In this document: one piece after another, positions 26,184 through 40,474 of the stretch
Layout: each line of letters starts with the position of its first letter
Numbering within the stretch: the first letter of the stretch is position 1
Assembly (NCBI GenBank): GCA_951406725.2
Contig: OX597823.1
Coordinates: 12,586,001 to 12,650,000, forward strand
Length of the DNA: 64,000 nucleotides
Reading direction: 5' to 3'
From: Octopus vulgaris
Taxonomy: Eukaryota
The notes under the pieces: generated by a model
Database searches by the model: none
Told to the model about the DNA's origin: nothing
What the model saw: only the letters and a program-made list of their open reading frames with translations
Position numbers and translations under genes: made by a program

Positions 26184-26562
26184 TCTCTCTATATAAACGG
26201 CAGTTTGTCTGTGCGTGTTTCTGTGTGTCTGTTTTCTCGTACCCTCACTCTGACCACGGCTTTCAACCGATTCTGATGAAATTTGACACACACATAGCCC
26301 AATGTCATAATTCAAAACTAACGCAGCGAAAATTTTGAAAAGTTCCCCCAGTTCTGAAAAAAATCGATAAATTCGACATGGGGTCGAGAATTAGAAACCC
26401 AAACCACAGACCGTCTAGGGGACGCAACTCTACCTTTAACTCTCAAAAAAATTTACCATCATTTTTTTTCCATTTTTTTGCTATTTTTTGGCTATAACTC
26501 TCTAAAAATGCTTTATAGTTATTTCCCTTACAAACCTGAGCAACGCCGGGCGATACTGCTAG
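26184..26562 (+). mobile_element. Non-autonomous Helitron
   Basis: 5' TC(TCTCTATATAAA); 3' hairpin CCTGAGCAACGCCGGG then CTAG; inserted between A (26183) and T (26563) without TSD; internal CAACCGATTCTGATGAAATTTG motif. Confidence 0.85.
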
Positions 26563-26779
26563 TATATATATATATATTTGCATACCAAGCCTTCGTCGAC
26601 GGCGTGGTTAAATAATGAGCAAATGTTTATGCTCAACGCAGCATGTATAAGGTACTTAAAAATGTTTAGTAAATAAACTATTACCTTTTTTGAAGCCGTC
26701 GCTGTAAAACTTTGAATTTTGATTTAAATAACATTTGTTATAAAAACCTCCCTCTTATGTGTAATACACACATACACAC

Positions 26780-27330
<551 letters not shown>

Positions 27331-27880
27331 GTATGCGTGTGACTGTGTTCTGGCATCCTACAAAAAAGTGTCGAGAAGCGTAGTTATCTTAGGAAAAGGT
27401 TTGTTTTACCATTAATTTGAATGATTTATTTACCTCCCCCCCCCACCCCCTTAAAGTTAACAACATATTGAAAAATCAAATAAAATATAGAACCTCCATT
27501 TTGTTAGTCCAGAAAACAAATGAGCTTAACGAGAAACTTGCAGTAAATAATAAATAAAGTACCTAAGATTAATCGCTTTCAGAAAATAGTTTCAACTATT
27601 AGTGATCATCAATTTTACTGTAGACGTAATTCTTGAGCATTTTTAAATCCTTAACTATCTCTTTTTATATAATGCAACAGTGTTCTGTAAAGGAATACAA
27701 CACTGGCAACTGTTTATATTCTTGCGTTAAATTGTGCTTTCTTTACTTTCAATATTACTCTGACATATAAACATACGTGTTTATGTAATTCGTATATGAC
27801 GAAATGTTTTTTCTTAACTACTATTCCAGTTATCTAGATAGATGAAGGTGTGACAAAGTTAGTATGGTATTAAAATATCA

Positions 27881-28214
27881 TAGAGGCGCAATGGCCCAGT
27901 GGTTAGGGCAGCGGACTCGCGGTCATAGGATCGCGGTTTCGATTCCCAGACCGGTCGTTGCGAGTGTTTATTGAGAGAAAACACTTAAAACTCCGCGAGG
28001 CCACAGCAGGGGATGGTGGTGATCCCTGCTGTACTCTTTCACCACAACTTTCTCTCACTCTTACTTCCTGTTTCTGTTGTACCTGTATTTCAAAGGGCCG
28101 GCCTTGTACTCTCTTTGTCACGCTGAATATCCACGTTAATTTCACGAGCAGGCTGTTCCGTTGATTCGGATCAACCGGAACCCTCGTCGTCGTAACCGAC
28201 GGAGTGCTTCCACC
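27881..28214 (+). mobile_element. SINE family C (tRNA-Arg-like head), tail type 1
   Basis: GGCGCAATGGCCCAGTGGTTAGGGCAGCGGACTCGCGG...GTTTCGATTCCC; 12-bp TSD ATTAAAATATCA at 27869-27880 and 28215-28226. Confidence 0.9.
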
Positions 28215-28273
28215 ATTAAAATATCAACTCCTAATTCAAAATATCAAATCCATTGTAAGCATTGCTTTATATC

Positions 28274-28690
28274 TATTTCTTTATTGTCCACAAAGGGCTA
28301 AACACAGAGGAGACAAACAGGGACAGACAGACGGATTAAGTCGATTATATCGACTCCAGTGCGTAACTGGTACTTAATTTATCGACCTCGAAAGGATGAA
28401 AGGCAAAGTCGACCTCGACGGAATTTGAACTCAGAACATAAAGACAGACGAAATACCTATTTCTTTACTACCCACAAGGAGCTAAAGACAGAGAGGACAA
28501 ACAAGGACAGGTAAACGGATTAAGTCGATTATATCGACCCCGGTGCGTAACTGGTACTTATTTAATCGACCCCGAAAGGATGAAAGGCAAAGTCGACCTC
28601 GGGGGAATTTGAACTCAGAACGTAACGGCAGACGAAATACGGCTACGCATTCCGCCCGGCGTGATAATGTTTCTGCCAGCTCGCCGCCAT
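28274..28690 (-). mobile_element. SINE family A dimer inserted as one unit
   Basis: 15-bp TSD GCATTGCTTTATATC at 28259-28273 and 28691-28705. Confidence 0.92.
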
Positions 28691-28857
28691 GCATTGCTTT
28701 ATATCATGAATCTTAGTGCTTCATTCTACAATAATTCCGATTCAGAAAAAAATGTGCTAAGATTTGAAATTGTCAGAAAGTTACCAATGATAGACTGATC
28801 TGCTCATGCATTGGCGGATGTAACTTTCACCGTTTAACGATGTGTTTTTAAAAAGAA

Positions 28858-29083
28858 GGCGGCGAGCTGGAAGAAGCGTTAGCACGCCGGGCGAAACGCG
28901 TAGCCGTATTTCATCTGCCGTTACGTTCTGAGATCAAATTCTGCCGAGGTCGACTTTGCCTTTCGGGGTCTATAAATTGAGTACCAGCTACGCACTGGGG
29001 TCGATGTAATCGACTTAACCATTTGTCTGTCCTTGTTTGTCCCCTCTGTGTGTAGCCTCTTGTGGGTAGTAAAGAAATAGGTA
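28858..29083 (+). mobile_element. SINE family A monomer
   Basis: GGCGGCGAGCTGG head through GTAAAGAAATAGGTA tail. Confidence 0.9.
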
Positions 29084-29600
29084 TACTAGAGATGTTGGCT
29101 CTAGCCGACCTTTTCTCACGCTTACCAAATGTTTTCGAAACTAGATCATAGCTTTAGAATGCTGGCAGCTTATCTCCCGTTCAATGCATGTATTGTTAGT
29201 TAATCTATAAGTAGTTAAATCGCTATCCATCGGCAAAGCTTGTATTTAGTCGCCCGGTCTGCTTTCCCACAAATATGAACTTCGGTGTTTATAAAGGGTG
29301 AGGAGACATCAGATAAAATAGATTTAGGTTGAATGTCTGCGCAACAAAACAAAAAATCTTTACAGCCTTCTTGCCCTTGAATATAGGTCGGGTCTTTTAT
29401 GATTATATAATCTCCGTCAAGAAATAAGTGAAACACTACAAAGCCAAAACAATGACTGTTCGGTTCTATATTTATGAGATGAGGAATTATGTACATTGTT
29501 TACATTATTTACATTATTTAAGCTGGAGGATATATCAGCCGAAACGTTGTGTTAACAACAAACAAGATTAGGACAAGTATCCGTCAAATGTAAATAATGT

Positions 29601-29978
29601 AGGCGTAGGAACTGCTGTGTGGTAAGTAGCTTGCTTATGAACCACATGTTTCTGGGTTCAGTCCCCCTGCGTGGTACCTTGGGTAAGTGTCTTCTACTAT
29701 AGCCTCGGGCCGACCAAAGCCTTGTGAGTGGATTTGGGAGACGGAAACTGAAAGAAGCCTGTCGTATATATGTAATTCTATATATATGTATGTGTGTGTT
29801 TGTGTGTCTGTGTTTGTGCCCCCCAACACCACTTGACAACCGATGCTGGCGTGTTTGCAGGGACGTAAACACGCCAGCATAAGTCCTGGGGTCGATTTTC
29901 TCGACTAAAGGCGGTGCTCCAGCATGGCCGCAGTCAAATGACTGAAACAAGTAAAAGAGTAAAAGCGTAAAAGAATGT
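29601..29978 (+). mobile_element. SINE family B with an internal inversion/deletion
   Basis: Matches the other copies except for the fold-back at 29843-29880. Confidence 0.88.
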
Positions 29979-30919
29979 AAGCAATGTAAATGACCGTTCG
30001 ATATTGAAATTTGTTCCACTTGTTCCACAGTATACCTATTTATACCACTTATATTTGCTATACGTTTTATCTAGACTTCTATCGAGACAAAATCAAAAGC
30101 AAAAATCAAAAAGAAATATGAAATGATGGTGGGAATATATTTAGTCAAGCGTCTGCTTCGTTAGGACTGACTTGGAGTCCAACAATCACAAATTATAAAA
30201 ATGTATGTATTTTTGTCTTTGTAGCGTTCATTTTCTACGATTTCACCATATTTGGTTAATTATCCGCACAGCCAAACATTTTCAGGGCAGCTTTAGCGAT
30301 AACCTATTTTTATGACGTTTGTAGATTTCGTAGGCAACACTCTGAAATGCTGATGTTGACTTAAGAATTATCTTTCTATTTTTGATCATCAATCCTTAAA
30401 CTGAGCTCATGTTAGGATTGCTAAAGCGCCATTTAACCATGTTCCTCTATCTTTCTTTCATCTCTTCAATTCAAAAAAAATAAAAGCCAGTAAAATGATT
30501 TTATATGTATTCAGCTACACCCGACTGAAAATGTGTTGCTTGTGCCTTTAAATATTCATTAATATTACATTTAATTTTACATTAAAATTACATTGCTTTT
30601 GCGCGTGCACCACACACACACATACTTATATGTATATGTACGTCTGTATATTTATATAGACTGATTTAAACTTAAATCACACATTAAATCACGAGTATAT
30701 ACGTATTTACGTATTCCATCAGTATTTTTGCACACCCAAAGGGAAACTGTGAGTAGAACTCGTGTAGTGTGTTTCATTTGGTTGGATCTTTAGATCTGCA
30801 GGTCACAGAATACATAGACGAAGCAAAAAAAGCATGGAGTATATATACATACATGAACTTCCTTCATTTGTTTTGCTTTCTCTCACCCCCCTGAGTTCTC
30901 TTGCTTCTCTCTTTCATTT

Positions 30920-31200
30920 CTCGAAGGCCCCGAAGAGCAAGAGCCAGCGATCAATACAGAAAATCACGGTAGCTAATATGCAGTTTTGAAAAGTTGTCAT
31001 TTTCCTGGCTGCGCTACAAACAACGAGTGTTTCATTGAGATACTGAAAAAGGTCTGGGAGTCATTTAGAAGGAAGAAACAGAATAAAAATCTGCAAACGA
31101 TTCGCATTCACGACGCCAATGCGCGAAAGAACATATTTGGCAATACACTATGCAATCAAAAAGATGAGCCCGCAGCATTTTGATGACAATGAGGTGATAA
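30920..31200 (+). pseudogene. Degenerate mariner transposase catalytic-domain fragment
   Basis: TNNECFIEILKKVWESFRRKKQNKNLQTIRIHDANARK resembles mariner TVN..Y...L.RL...IRRKRP......LHHDNARPH. Confidence 0.55.
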
Positions 31201-32439
31201 TAACCGTGAAGAAATGTTCATAACAGCTCACCTAAAATCTTCTCAAAAAGGATTGAAGCATCGTTTTGGCACGACGATGGCGCCAATGTAACACTTCAGA
31301 TGAAGGCTATGTTAACTAGAAGTGTTGTATAGAAGAGTCACTCTACCGACGAGGAATTTGAATGACATGTGTTAGTAAAAATGTTATACCCACTTTTGCA
31401 TTACTTTCATTCTAACACTTGTGAAAATTCCAAAGACAATGATGCGATTGCAATGATTACTTTGTAATGCTTCCCTAATTCTAGTATCTTTCCATGTTTG
31501 TATCAAATTCACTAAGATGCTAGGCTGTTGAGAACGAAATGAATCGCTAAATATATTCCTATATATGTTCCTAATATACGATCTGTTATGCTGAACATTT
31601 ACTTTCTAACTGTCTGGGGTTGCTAGTATGTTCATATATATTGTCATATTTCTTGAATTGATTGTGGTTTTCATATCAATCTGTACTGAGTTCAAATTCT
31701 ACAGAAACCAATTTTTTTTCATTAATCAGAAGTCGTAAACATGAATTAGTCGAGTACGGACAATATCCTCATTGATTATACACATGGCTACCATTTCTGC
31801 ACTTGTACCTACTTTAGAAATCAATATTACTTTGATTCTTCTGTCGTAAAATTCTCTAATTTTTCTTCATCCTGTGTTTATCTTTTCAGTTTTATCCTTT
31901 CATGAGTACTTCTATGAAGTAGCGCTCTTCTAATTCTTCGATTTTTCTATGACTAAATCTAAATTAATATTGAGACTTTTAATTAAATTACTCTTCTTAC
32001 AATAGCTTTGGTGCATTTTTCTCATCATATTCTCATTTTTATATTATTGCTGAATTCATATGTAATTTTTATTGGTCACAGACATGGTTGCTTCGGTAAT
32101 AAGCTTGTTTTAGAATTACCCAGTTCTGTCAATTACATAGTTTGATGTCATTGTTCGACGTTATAGTCCAATATCTTCTGCAATAAACACGAATAGATTT
32201 ATAGGTGAAGTTGGGTAGACGGAAAACTATTCGGAAGCACGTTGAATATGCTATATATATTCATGGTCATCTGCTTTAAGACTACCATCTGTCTCAAAGG
32301 TATCTTTATTGGAATACACACTGTTACAATGATCAAACCAGTTCTACAAGCTAAGGAGAGTACGTAGTATATTAGCTTTCTCCACATTACCTAGATGATG
32401 CAAGACGTCATTGGCACACACACATATACATATATATAT

Positions 32440-32675
32440 TTTTTTTTTCTTCTTTACTACCCACAAGGGGATAAACACAGAGGGGACAAACAAGGATAGA
32501 CAAACGGATTAAGACGATTACATCGACCACAGTGCATAACTGGTACTTAATTTATCGACCCCGAAAGGATGAAAGGCAAAGTCGACCTCGGCGGAATTTG
32601 AACTCAGAACATAATGACAGACGAAATACGGCTACGCATTTCGCCCGGCGTGCTAACGTTTCTGCCAGCTCGCCG
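32440..32675 (-). mobile_element. SINE family A monomer in a TA spacer
   Basis: Matches other family A copies. Confidence 0.9.
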
Positions 32676-32695
32676 TCTATATATATATATACACG

Positions 32696-32860
32696 CAACG
32701 GGCTTGTTAGATTTTCCGTCGTCTTAAATCACTCACGAGGCGTTGGTCTCTCCGACGTTATAGTAGAAGGCACTTCTCCATGATGTCATGCAGTGGGACT
32801 GAACCTGGAACCATGTGGTTGGGAAGCAAGCTTCTTACCACACAGCTACTCCTCCGCCTA
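32696..32860 (-). mobile_element. SINE family B, 5' half (diverged)
   Basis: GCAGTGGGACTGAACCTGGAACCATGTGGTT...CTTACCACACAGC. Confidence 0.8.
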
Positions 32861-32864
32861 TATA

Positions 32865-32944
32865 TACAGGATGCGACAATATTATCTGACATATTTGTAG
32901 CTTTAATAAAACCAAAATGTGTCAGATCATTTTGCCCCATCCTA

Positions 32945-32946
<2 letters not shown>
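32865..32946. mobile_element. Tiny (~80 bp) Tc1/mariner-type MITE
   Basis: ~32-bp imperfect TIRs TACAGGATGCGACAATATTATCTGACATATTT / AAATGTGTCAGATCATTTTGCCCCATCCTATA, with TA ends. Confidence 0.7.
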
Positions 32947-33020
<74 letters not shown>

Positions 33021-33134
33021 TATGCACACACACAACATAAAACATCGTTTTATGTTTATTTTAAATTGAAACGGTTTATATATTTTATTAATTGACATTT
33101 TTATGTCTCGGGTTCTATATGTGACTGTTTAATC

Positions 33135-33577
33135 GTGCCACGTATAAAAGAAGCGTTGGAACTGTCCGAATCTCAAAGAGCCACTATTGTGGATTAAACG
33201 GAAGTTGGACTTAATCAGCGTAAAATTGCAGACAACCTTGGGATCCCGCTTTCTACAGTTAATAGAGTGATTGTTGAAATCACCAGAGAAGGAAAGGAGT
33301 CCGTCTACATCACCTCCTCCAGATCGATCAGGGCCCTCTGACATGACTCTTTGCTTTGTTAAGAGAAGTGTGGAGGATACTCCTCATTGCAAGGTCTCTG
33401 ACATAGCAAGGCCTCTGACATAGCACAACAAGTTGATGTCATCAAAGCCAGATCTTAAAAGAAGATCTGGCTTTGTTGGCAAGGAATTCTGCAAGAGAAC
33501 ATTCGTCACCTGTCAGAAGCATACCTAATAAGGTCCTTGCATTGAAAAATGCAAAAGGCAATTCTACTAGATACTAG
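33135..33577 (+). pseudogene. Internally deleted Tc1-like transposase
   Basis: [45 protein letters not shown] (paired-like HTH) joined to ...SIPNKVLALKNAKGNSTRY* (Tc1 C-terminus). Confidence 0.8.
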
Positions 33578-33737
33578 GTAAACACATTATGATATGAATA
33601 TCTAAATAATAAATTATTCGACGCGTCCTGAGGACATAGATAGATAGAGTGTATGTAAAATTTCATGTTTAAATGATGATTTTAATGACTATGAGTGTGT
33701 CTATTTACTTCTGTCATGATATATATATATATATATA

Positions 33738-33808
<71 letters not shown>

Positions 33809-34057
33809 TGAAAAGGAACACGCGAGTTGATATATATGGAAAATGTCAAGGTGGAAAATGCTAAAATAGTTTTATAGAAAACATTTCAGTACCGGTTTCA
33901 GTCATGGAGTAAGTACGGAAAACAATTAAATTTGGGAAAAATTAAAAGATAAGGTGTTTAAAAGAATATTTGCATAGTGTTCAAATACAAGGAGCATTTT
34001 CCTTGTTTCTGTCTCTCTTCTTTACTCTTGTGGTTTCAAGGTCGTTGTGAATTCTTG

Positions 34058-34141
34058 GAAGAAGAAGAAGAAGAAGAAGAAGAAGAAGAAGAAGAAGAAG
34101 AAGAAGAAGAAGAAGAAGAAGAAGAAGAAGAAGAAGAAGAG
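34058..34141. repeat. (GAA)n microsatellite; a second tract at ~34321-34410 has similar downstream sequence
   Basis: Directly visible; GTTAAATGGT.AAGT..CCT.AAAGTGAC follows both tracts. Confidence 0.9.
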
Positions 34142-35052
34142 AATGCGGGAGTGCCATGATAGTAGTATGTTAAATGGTTAAGTGCCCTGAAAGTGACCGT
34201 TGTGGATAGTAGTAGTGATTGAATTCCTGAAACCTCTTTTGAATGATTTGTTTGTAACATTTGCGTAGGTGTTACTCTAAACAGCAATAGTGGTAAAGTT
34301 AGGAAGGAGGTGGCCCAGAGGAAGAAGACAACGACAAAGAAGAAGAAGGAGAAGAAGAAGAAGAAGAAGAAGAAGAAGAAGAAGAAGAAGAAAAAGTAGA
34401 AGAAAGAGAGGGAGAATAAGAAGGAATGTAGGTAGTATGATACTAGTAAGGTGTTAAATGGTCAAGTAACCTAAAAGTGACTCGTTATAGATTATAGCAG
34501 TGATTGGGACTATCTTTGTTGTGTATGCATCTTAATTTTGATGCATACACACCAAAGATAGATGCATACGTACGGGGTACTGAAGCACAGTAGAAAGATT
34601 TTCAGGTTGTGTATACGAGTAATTGAACCCGACTATATCACTAGCCTTCTAGATAATCAAGAAACGCACATTGTATTAAATATACGATTCATAATATACT
34701 TCGGATCACGTAAAGATCAGGTTCCGTGAGAGGTGAATTATGAATAAATATATATTGACTAATGGATGAGGTGTTAATTCACTACAACTGCTTCCAACGA
34801 ATTTTTGATTGATTGATGGAAACATTATATCATTAGAAAAAAAGGTTTTTATCGAATAAATGCATGAACCACATTTAGAAACATCCATAATTCAACGGCA
34901 TATGCACCTTTATTATTCTACGAATCTTGTTGGTTGTAGAATTCGTTGGAGACAGCTGTAGTAAATTGATACAGTCATACATACCTACAATAGATAGCTA
35001 TCTGTGTGCGTCTGTGTGTGTGATGTAGTATTTAATAACTGTCCAATTTAAA

Positions 35053-35575
35053 GCGGGCGAAATACGCAGCCGTATTTTCTCTGCCGTTACGTTCTGAGTT
35101 CAAATTCCGCCCAGGTCGACTTTGCCTTTTATCCTTTCGGGGTCGAGTAAATAAGTACCAGTTATGCACTGGGGTCGATATAATCGACTTAATCCGTTTG
35201 TCTGTCCTTGTTTGTTCTCTCTGTGTTTAGCTCCTTGTGGGTAGTAAAGAAATACATATTTCGTCTGCTGGTACGTTCTGAGTTCAAATTCCGCCGAGGT
35301 CGCCTTTGCCTTTTATCGTTTCGGGGTCGAGTAAATACGTACCAGTTACGCACTGGGGTCGATGTAATCGACATAATCCCTTTGTCTGGCTTTGTTTGTC
35401 TCCTCTCAGTTTAGCCCCTTGTGGGTAATAAATAAATAAAACAAATTCCGCCGAGGTCGACTTTGCCTTTCATATTTTCGGGGTCGATAAATTAAGTACC
35501 AGTTGTGTACCGGACTCGATCTAAAAAACTGGCCACCTTTCTCAAAATTTCGGGCCTCGTGCCTAGAGTAGGAAC
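35053..35575 (+). mobile_element. SINE family A multimer
   Basis: Three CAAATTCCGCC.AGGTCG.CTTTGCCTTT cores in tandem. Confidence 0.88.
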
Positions 35576-35758
35576 GAATAATTTTATTGCCTTTCTCTCT
35601 GTATGTTGTTATATATTTACATTATTTTTGATGGCATATTTTCTTTCAAGTATGAAAATACGTGACTTTCTTGTAAGGTGTACTGGATCTATGATCATAT
35701 AGTCGTGTGTTCAATTCCCAGATCGGTTAATGGTGAGTCTCGTCTAGGTACTAGAACA

Positions 35759-35985
35759 CACTCTCTTTTCTCTTTCCTCTTTTACTTGTTTCAGTCATTT
35801 GACTGCGGCCATGCTGGAACACCGCCTTCAGTCGAGCAACTCGACCCCGGGACTTATTCTTTGTAAGCCCAGTACTTATTCTATCGGTCTCTTTTGCCGA
35901 ACCGCTAAGTGACGGGGACATGAAGATACCAGCATCGGTTGTCAAGCAATGCTAGGGGGACAAACACAGGCACACAAACACACAC

Positions 35986-36018
<33 letters not shown>

Positions 36019-36190
36019 CATATATACGACAGGCTTCTTTCAGTTTCCGTCTACCAAATCCACTCACAAGGCATTGGTCGGCCCGAGGCTATAGTAGAAG
36101 ACACTTGCCCAAGATGCAACGCAGTGGGACTGAACCCGGAACCATGTGGCTGGTTAGCAAGCTACTTACCACACAGCCACTCCTGCGCCT
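35759..36190 (-). mobile_element. SINE family B, full length
   Basis: Matches other copies; head ends TCCTGCGCCT at 36190. Confidence 0.92.
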
Positions 36191-36824
36191 ATTTTCCTGC
36201 AATAACCTGGTCAAAAATGGGAAGGCGAAAAGTTTGTCGATGTCTACTCACGATTAAATAAGCATCTAAGAGAGTTAGCAAAAGCTTGACGCCAGCTCTA
36301 AAGATATAGTTGCATATTAGTAACAGCTATAGTGTGATGTTCTCTCATGATCGGAACTCTTTTGTTGTGGCTGTATTTTTCCCCACCTCGAAATGCTTTC
36401 TTTTTCATTTGATGTATAGGCAGAAATACATCGACATTTTCTTCAATCCGTCATGTCATTGTAAAGATAATTTCTTTTAATTTCTTATTTCGGTTTACAG
36501 ATCTTTTAGTATTTGTTTCGATTTGTTTTTCTCTTACGTATCCTGCTTCATCTTTTCTCTGTTGCTGAGTAAGTAGAGGCAATTCACTTTTCTGTCGATT
36601 TTCATATTGTATATTTTCTTATAAATGTTTTTAATACGTTTGCGTGAGAGGAAGATTCACTCTATTAGACCAAACCTTGTTTTCAACATTGATATTGCCA
36701 TGGCTACTGAGTAAATTAGGTTATTTTGCATATTGGTGATCAGCATTTTTTTTTTCTTTGGAAAGAGTTATTGTGAAAAGACCTAGTTGTATTTGTGTGT
36801 GATATCCAAGAAATATATATGTCT

Positions 36825-36954
36825 ATACGTAAGTATATGTTTATATATATATATATGCATGTATATATATATAATATACTTATATATATATGTATATATC
36901 TATATATATGTATATATATGTATATATATATACATATATATATATATTTACTAA

Positions 36955-36985
<31 letters not shown>

Positions 36986-37151
36986 CTATCTATATATATA
37001 TGTATATGTATATATATATGTAGATATATATGTGTACATATATATATATATATGTATACCTATATACATGTACATGTATATATGTATATATATGTATATA
37101 TATATGTATATATATATATGGATATATAAATGTAAATGTATATATGACTGC

Positions 37152-37209
<58 letters not shown>

Positions 37210-37271
37210 GTATATATATGTTTGTAATATGTTTGCATATATATATATATATATATACGTATATATATGTG

Positions 37272-37309
<38 letters not shown>

Positions 37310-37349
37310 GTATATATATGTGTTTGTAATATGTTTGTAATATATTTGC

Positions 37350-37387
<38 letters not shown>

Positions 37388-37410
37388 TTGTGTGTATAAT
37401 TACATATATG
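36825..37410. repeat. (TA)n low-complexity tract
   Basis: Directly visible. Confidence 0.95.
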
Positions 37411-38346
37411 ATTATTTGTAGTTTGGGGTGATATTTCTACTGATTCATGTAACATTGATATTTTTGTGGTTATTTCTTTCTATTCTAGATTGTTCTTCTC
37501 TTGTTATCTTCGGGGTTGAGAGAATTTTTTTTTCTCAATTCGAATGATTGTTTCCGTGAGATCGACTTACATGGTTATCATCCGCATTTTGCAACGTTTT
37601 GTGCGCCTTTTTTTTTTTTTTTTTTTTCTCTTATTTGTCATGATTTTCTGATATTCGCATAAGATCTCATCTGTAGTGTTTTCGTTGTATTTCAAAGACA
37701 TATTTTTCTCTCAATGTAGAATCGATTCCACGGCGTCATTTCCTTTTTATTTAGAGGTCTCGTGTATTTTGTGTGTGGCAGCCATGCTGCTCTTCGATCA
37801 CTTTGTGCTATATGTAGATTATGTATTTTGTGGATTTCGATCTTTTGTTTTAGTTTTATTCCAGAGATCTTAATATTTATTATTAATCCGCTTACATTTG
37901 CTAATGTATTTTGAGTTCACTTTTTTTCTTTCTTCTTCAGTTTGTCTTCCGTTTTCAAACGCATCTCTCATAACCCAAGTGGGCACTGGAATGTTGTTGT
38001 TTCGTTTCAGCAGTTCTATAATCAGTATTCCAAACATAACCATTCCGTCTTCTCAAGAGTATCTAAAACTATATCATCTATAGTGTTCTTTGTCGTTTTT
38101 TTTTCTTTTGCTTGAAGACTGTAGGATTTTATTGCAGGGGAATTCGGCTACTCTTATTACCAGGTTATGCCATAACACAGAGGGCTCTTTGTTGGTTCGT
38201 GTATGTTGTGTAAGGAAGGATGTGTTCTTCCTTACACAGCCTTCCTTTCTGTAACATTACTGGGTATTGTGCTTTGAACTATTATTTCTTAATGGTCTTC
38301 GACTATTAGCTGCAGGTAGTGAGCTTCTTAACTGGGCAGCAAATGA

Positions 38347-38544
38347 ACTCTTTTACTTGTTTCAATCATTTGACTGTGGCCATGCTGGAGCACCACCTTT
38401 AGTCGAGCAAATCGACCCCCAGGACTTATTCTTTGCAAGCCTAGTACTTATTCTATCGGTCTCTTTTGCCGAACCGCTAAGTTACGTGGACTTAAACACA
38501 CCAGCATCTGTTGTCAAGCGATGTTGGGGTGATAAACAGACACA

Positions 38545-38584
<40 letters not shown>

Positions 38585-38760
38585 AATATATATATACATA
38601 CATATATACGACGGGCTTCTCTCAGTTTCCGTCTACCAAATCCACTCACAAGGCCTTGGTCGGACCGAGGATATAATAGAAACACTTGCCCAAGGTGCCA
38701 CACAGTGCGACTGAACCCGGAACCATGTGGTTCGTAAGCAAGCTACTTACCACACGGCCC
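38347..38760 (-). mobile_element. SINE family B
   Basis: Matches other copies. Confidence 0.9.
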
Positions 38761-40056
38761 GCAGTATTTGTTCCAATTCTTTGCACTCCGCGTTCAAATC
38801 CAGCAAAAGCGGATAATTTATCGGCAGGAATTTTAAAAAGTTGAACGGAATGCATTGTGTTATATATATTCTGAGTTCAAATTCCCAACTTTTCACCGAA
38901 AACTGGTGACAATCTTGATAGGAGTTGCGGCCAACAAACACAACCATCACATTGTAAAACAGAAATAAATCAAGGAATTTATATAAAGTAAAGGAAGCAC
39001 ACTTTTTGGGGAACGATCTCCCATTGCCATTTTCTGAAGACTGATACTTTTTTAGCGTTTGGAACTGAAACGCTGCACTGGTACCAAGGGTTAACGTTTG
39101 AATTAAACTGTTGTGAGACTTTTATTATACAAAATATGCAGCCATTTAAATATAAGTATTTCTTAGTTTATGACAATCTTTCTGTACAATCATAAAGAGT
39201 TAACCTGTTGCCATTACTTTTCGTTGTAAATAGCATTCATTCATATTTATTTATCCAGGTACAGGAAGCTATACATCATTGTATGTTTTGCGTCAACTAT
39301 ATCCCACCTAGGTTTCTATCGTTCTCAGTGAATAGGAGTGAATCGACCAGACACAGGTACTTTGTGTACATTGCACGCGTGTGCATGTGTGCATGTGTGT
39401 GTGTGTGTGTGTGTAATCGAGAGAGAGAGAGAGGGGGGGTGAAGGGTGAATGTTTGTATGTGTGTATATATGTGAATGATGGAATGTCTGACTGGATGTC
39501 GTGCATGAGCATGTACGCATCTATGTTTATATGAGCGTGTGTATGTGCAGTTGCTTGAGTGCGTGCACGCGTGCGTGCGTGCGTGCTTGCGTGGTTCTTT
39601 TTTTCTTCTCTAAGTGCTAATTGAATCGTAATACTTAACATCGGTGTCACACTGGGAAAGACTTTCGCTGCTCTAAGTGCTAGAGTTCGAGTCTATCAGT
39701 TAACTTAGTGTGTGTGTGTGTATGTGTGTGTGTTTGTGTGTGTGTAATGACAGTTCCTTTTCTCACACGCATTATCTCAATGCTAACAACTCTTGGCAAT
39801 ACAGATGTCTAATATCAATTTGAAAATTATTACAACTACCTCACAGAGCGAGTAACATAACTTCAGTGTAACACTTCCTCTCAAACACTGCACTAATACA
39901 CCATAGGTACAACACTAACTCACCTCCCTTCACTCCCTTCCCTCCACTGTTGCAATCACAATTCTATGCGGTTTCCGAATTATGTATGCAGCCAAAATTG
40001 TTGCAGTCATTGAATTTTTGACTGCACCTTACTATCCTTACCAAATCTACGCTACC

Positions 40057-40474
40057 GGATCTTTTCGGTTTGAACGGCAGTTTTTTTTCTAGCGGTGTCA
40101 TATGAAATTGTCACCCGTAATTATGACCCTAGTATCGATCTATTGCATTTCAATCTGTTTTAGGGTTAGGGTTAGGGGTGGTGGGAAGGGTATCTTTTTT
40201 TCTTCACAGATGTAAATAAACCCAGTCTGTTTCTTAAACGAGGGACATATTCATACGGCACAGAATGTTTTTTAACTCAATGGACGTCATTGATTGGTTG
40301 AAATTGCAGAAATTGAAGAAAAAAACAACAAATATCTTACAAACTATAGAATTTTCTCAATAAAGCCAAGAGAAAAAGATGTTTTATAAACACATTCTCC
40401 CAGTATACGAAGTTTAAAATTTTTTTGTTACCTAAAAATTATGTTAAAAACTGCCGTTCAAACCGAAAAGATCC
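40057..40474 (-). mobile_element. MITE with GGATC TIRs and internal (TTAGGG)n, second copy
   Basis: TIRs GGATCTTTTCGGTTTGAACGGCAGTTTTT at both ends; probable 8-bp TSD ACGCTACC (40049-40056) / ACTCTACC (40475-40482). Confidence 0.9.

Noticed and set aside
26270-26290. CTGATGA in the Helitron as a hammerhead core
   Set aside because: Part of the common CCGATT.TGATGAAATTTG Helitron-associated motif; no flanking helices.
27881-27955. tRNA-like sequences (also 51303, 57698 and family B heads)
   Set aside because: SINE heads with TSDs and bodies; acceptor stems are incomplete.
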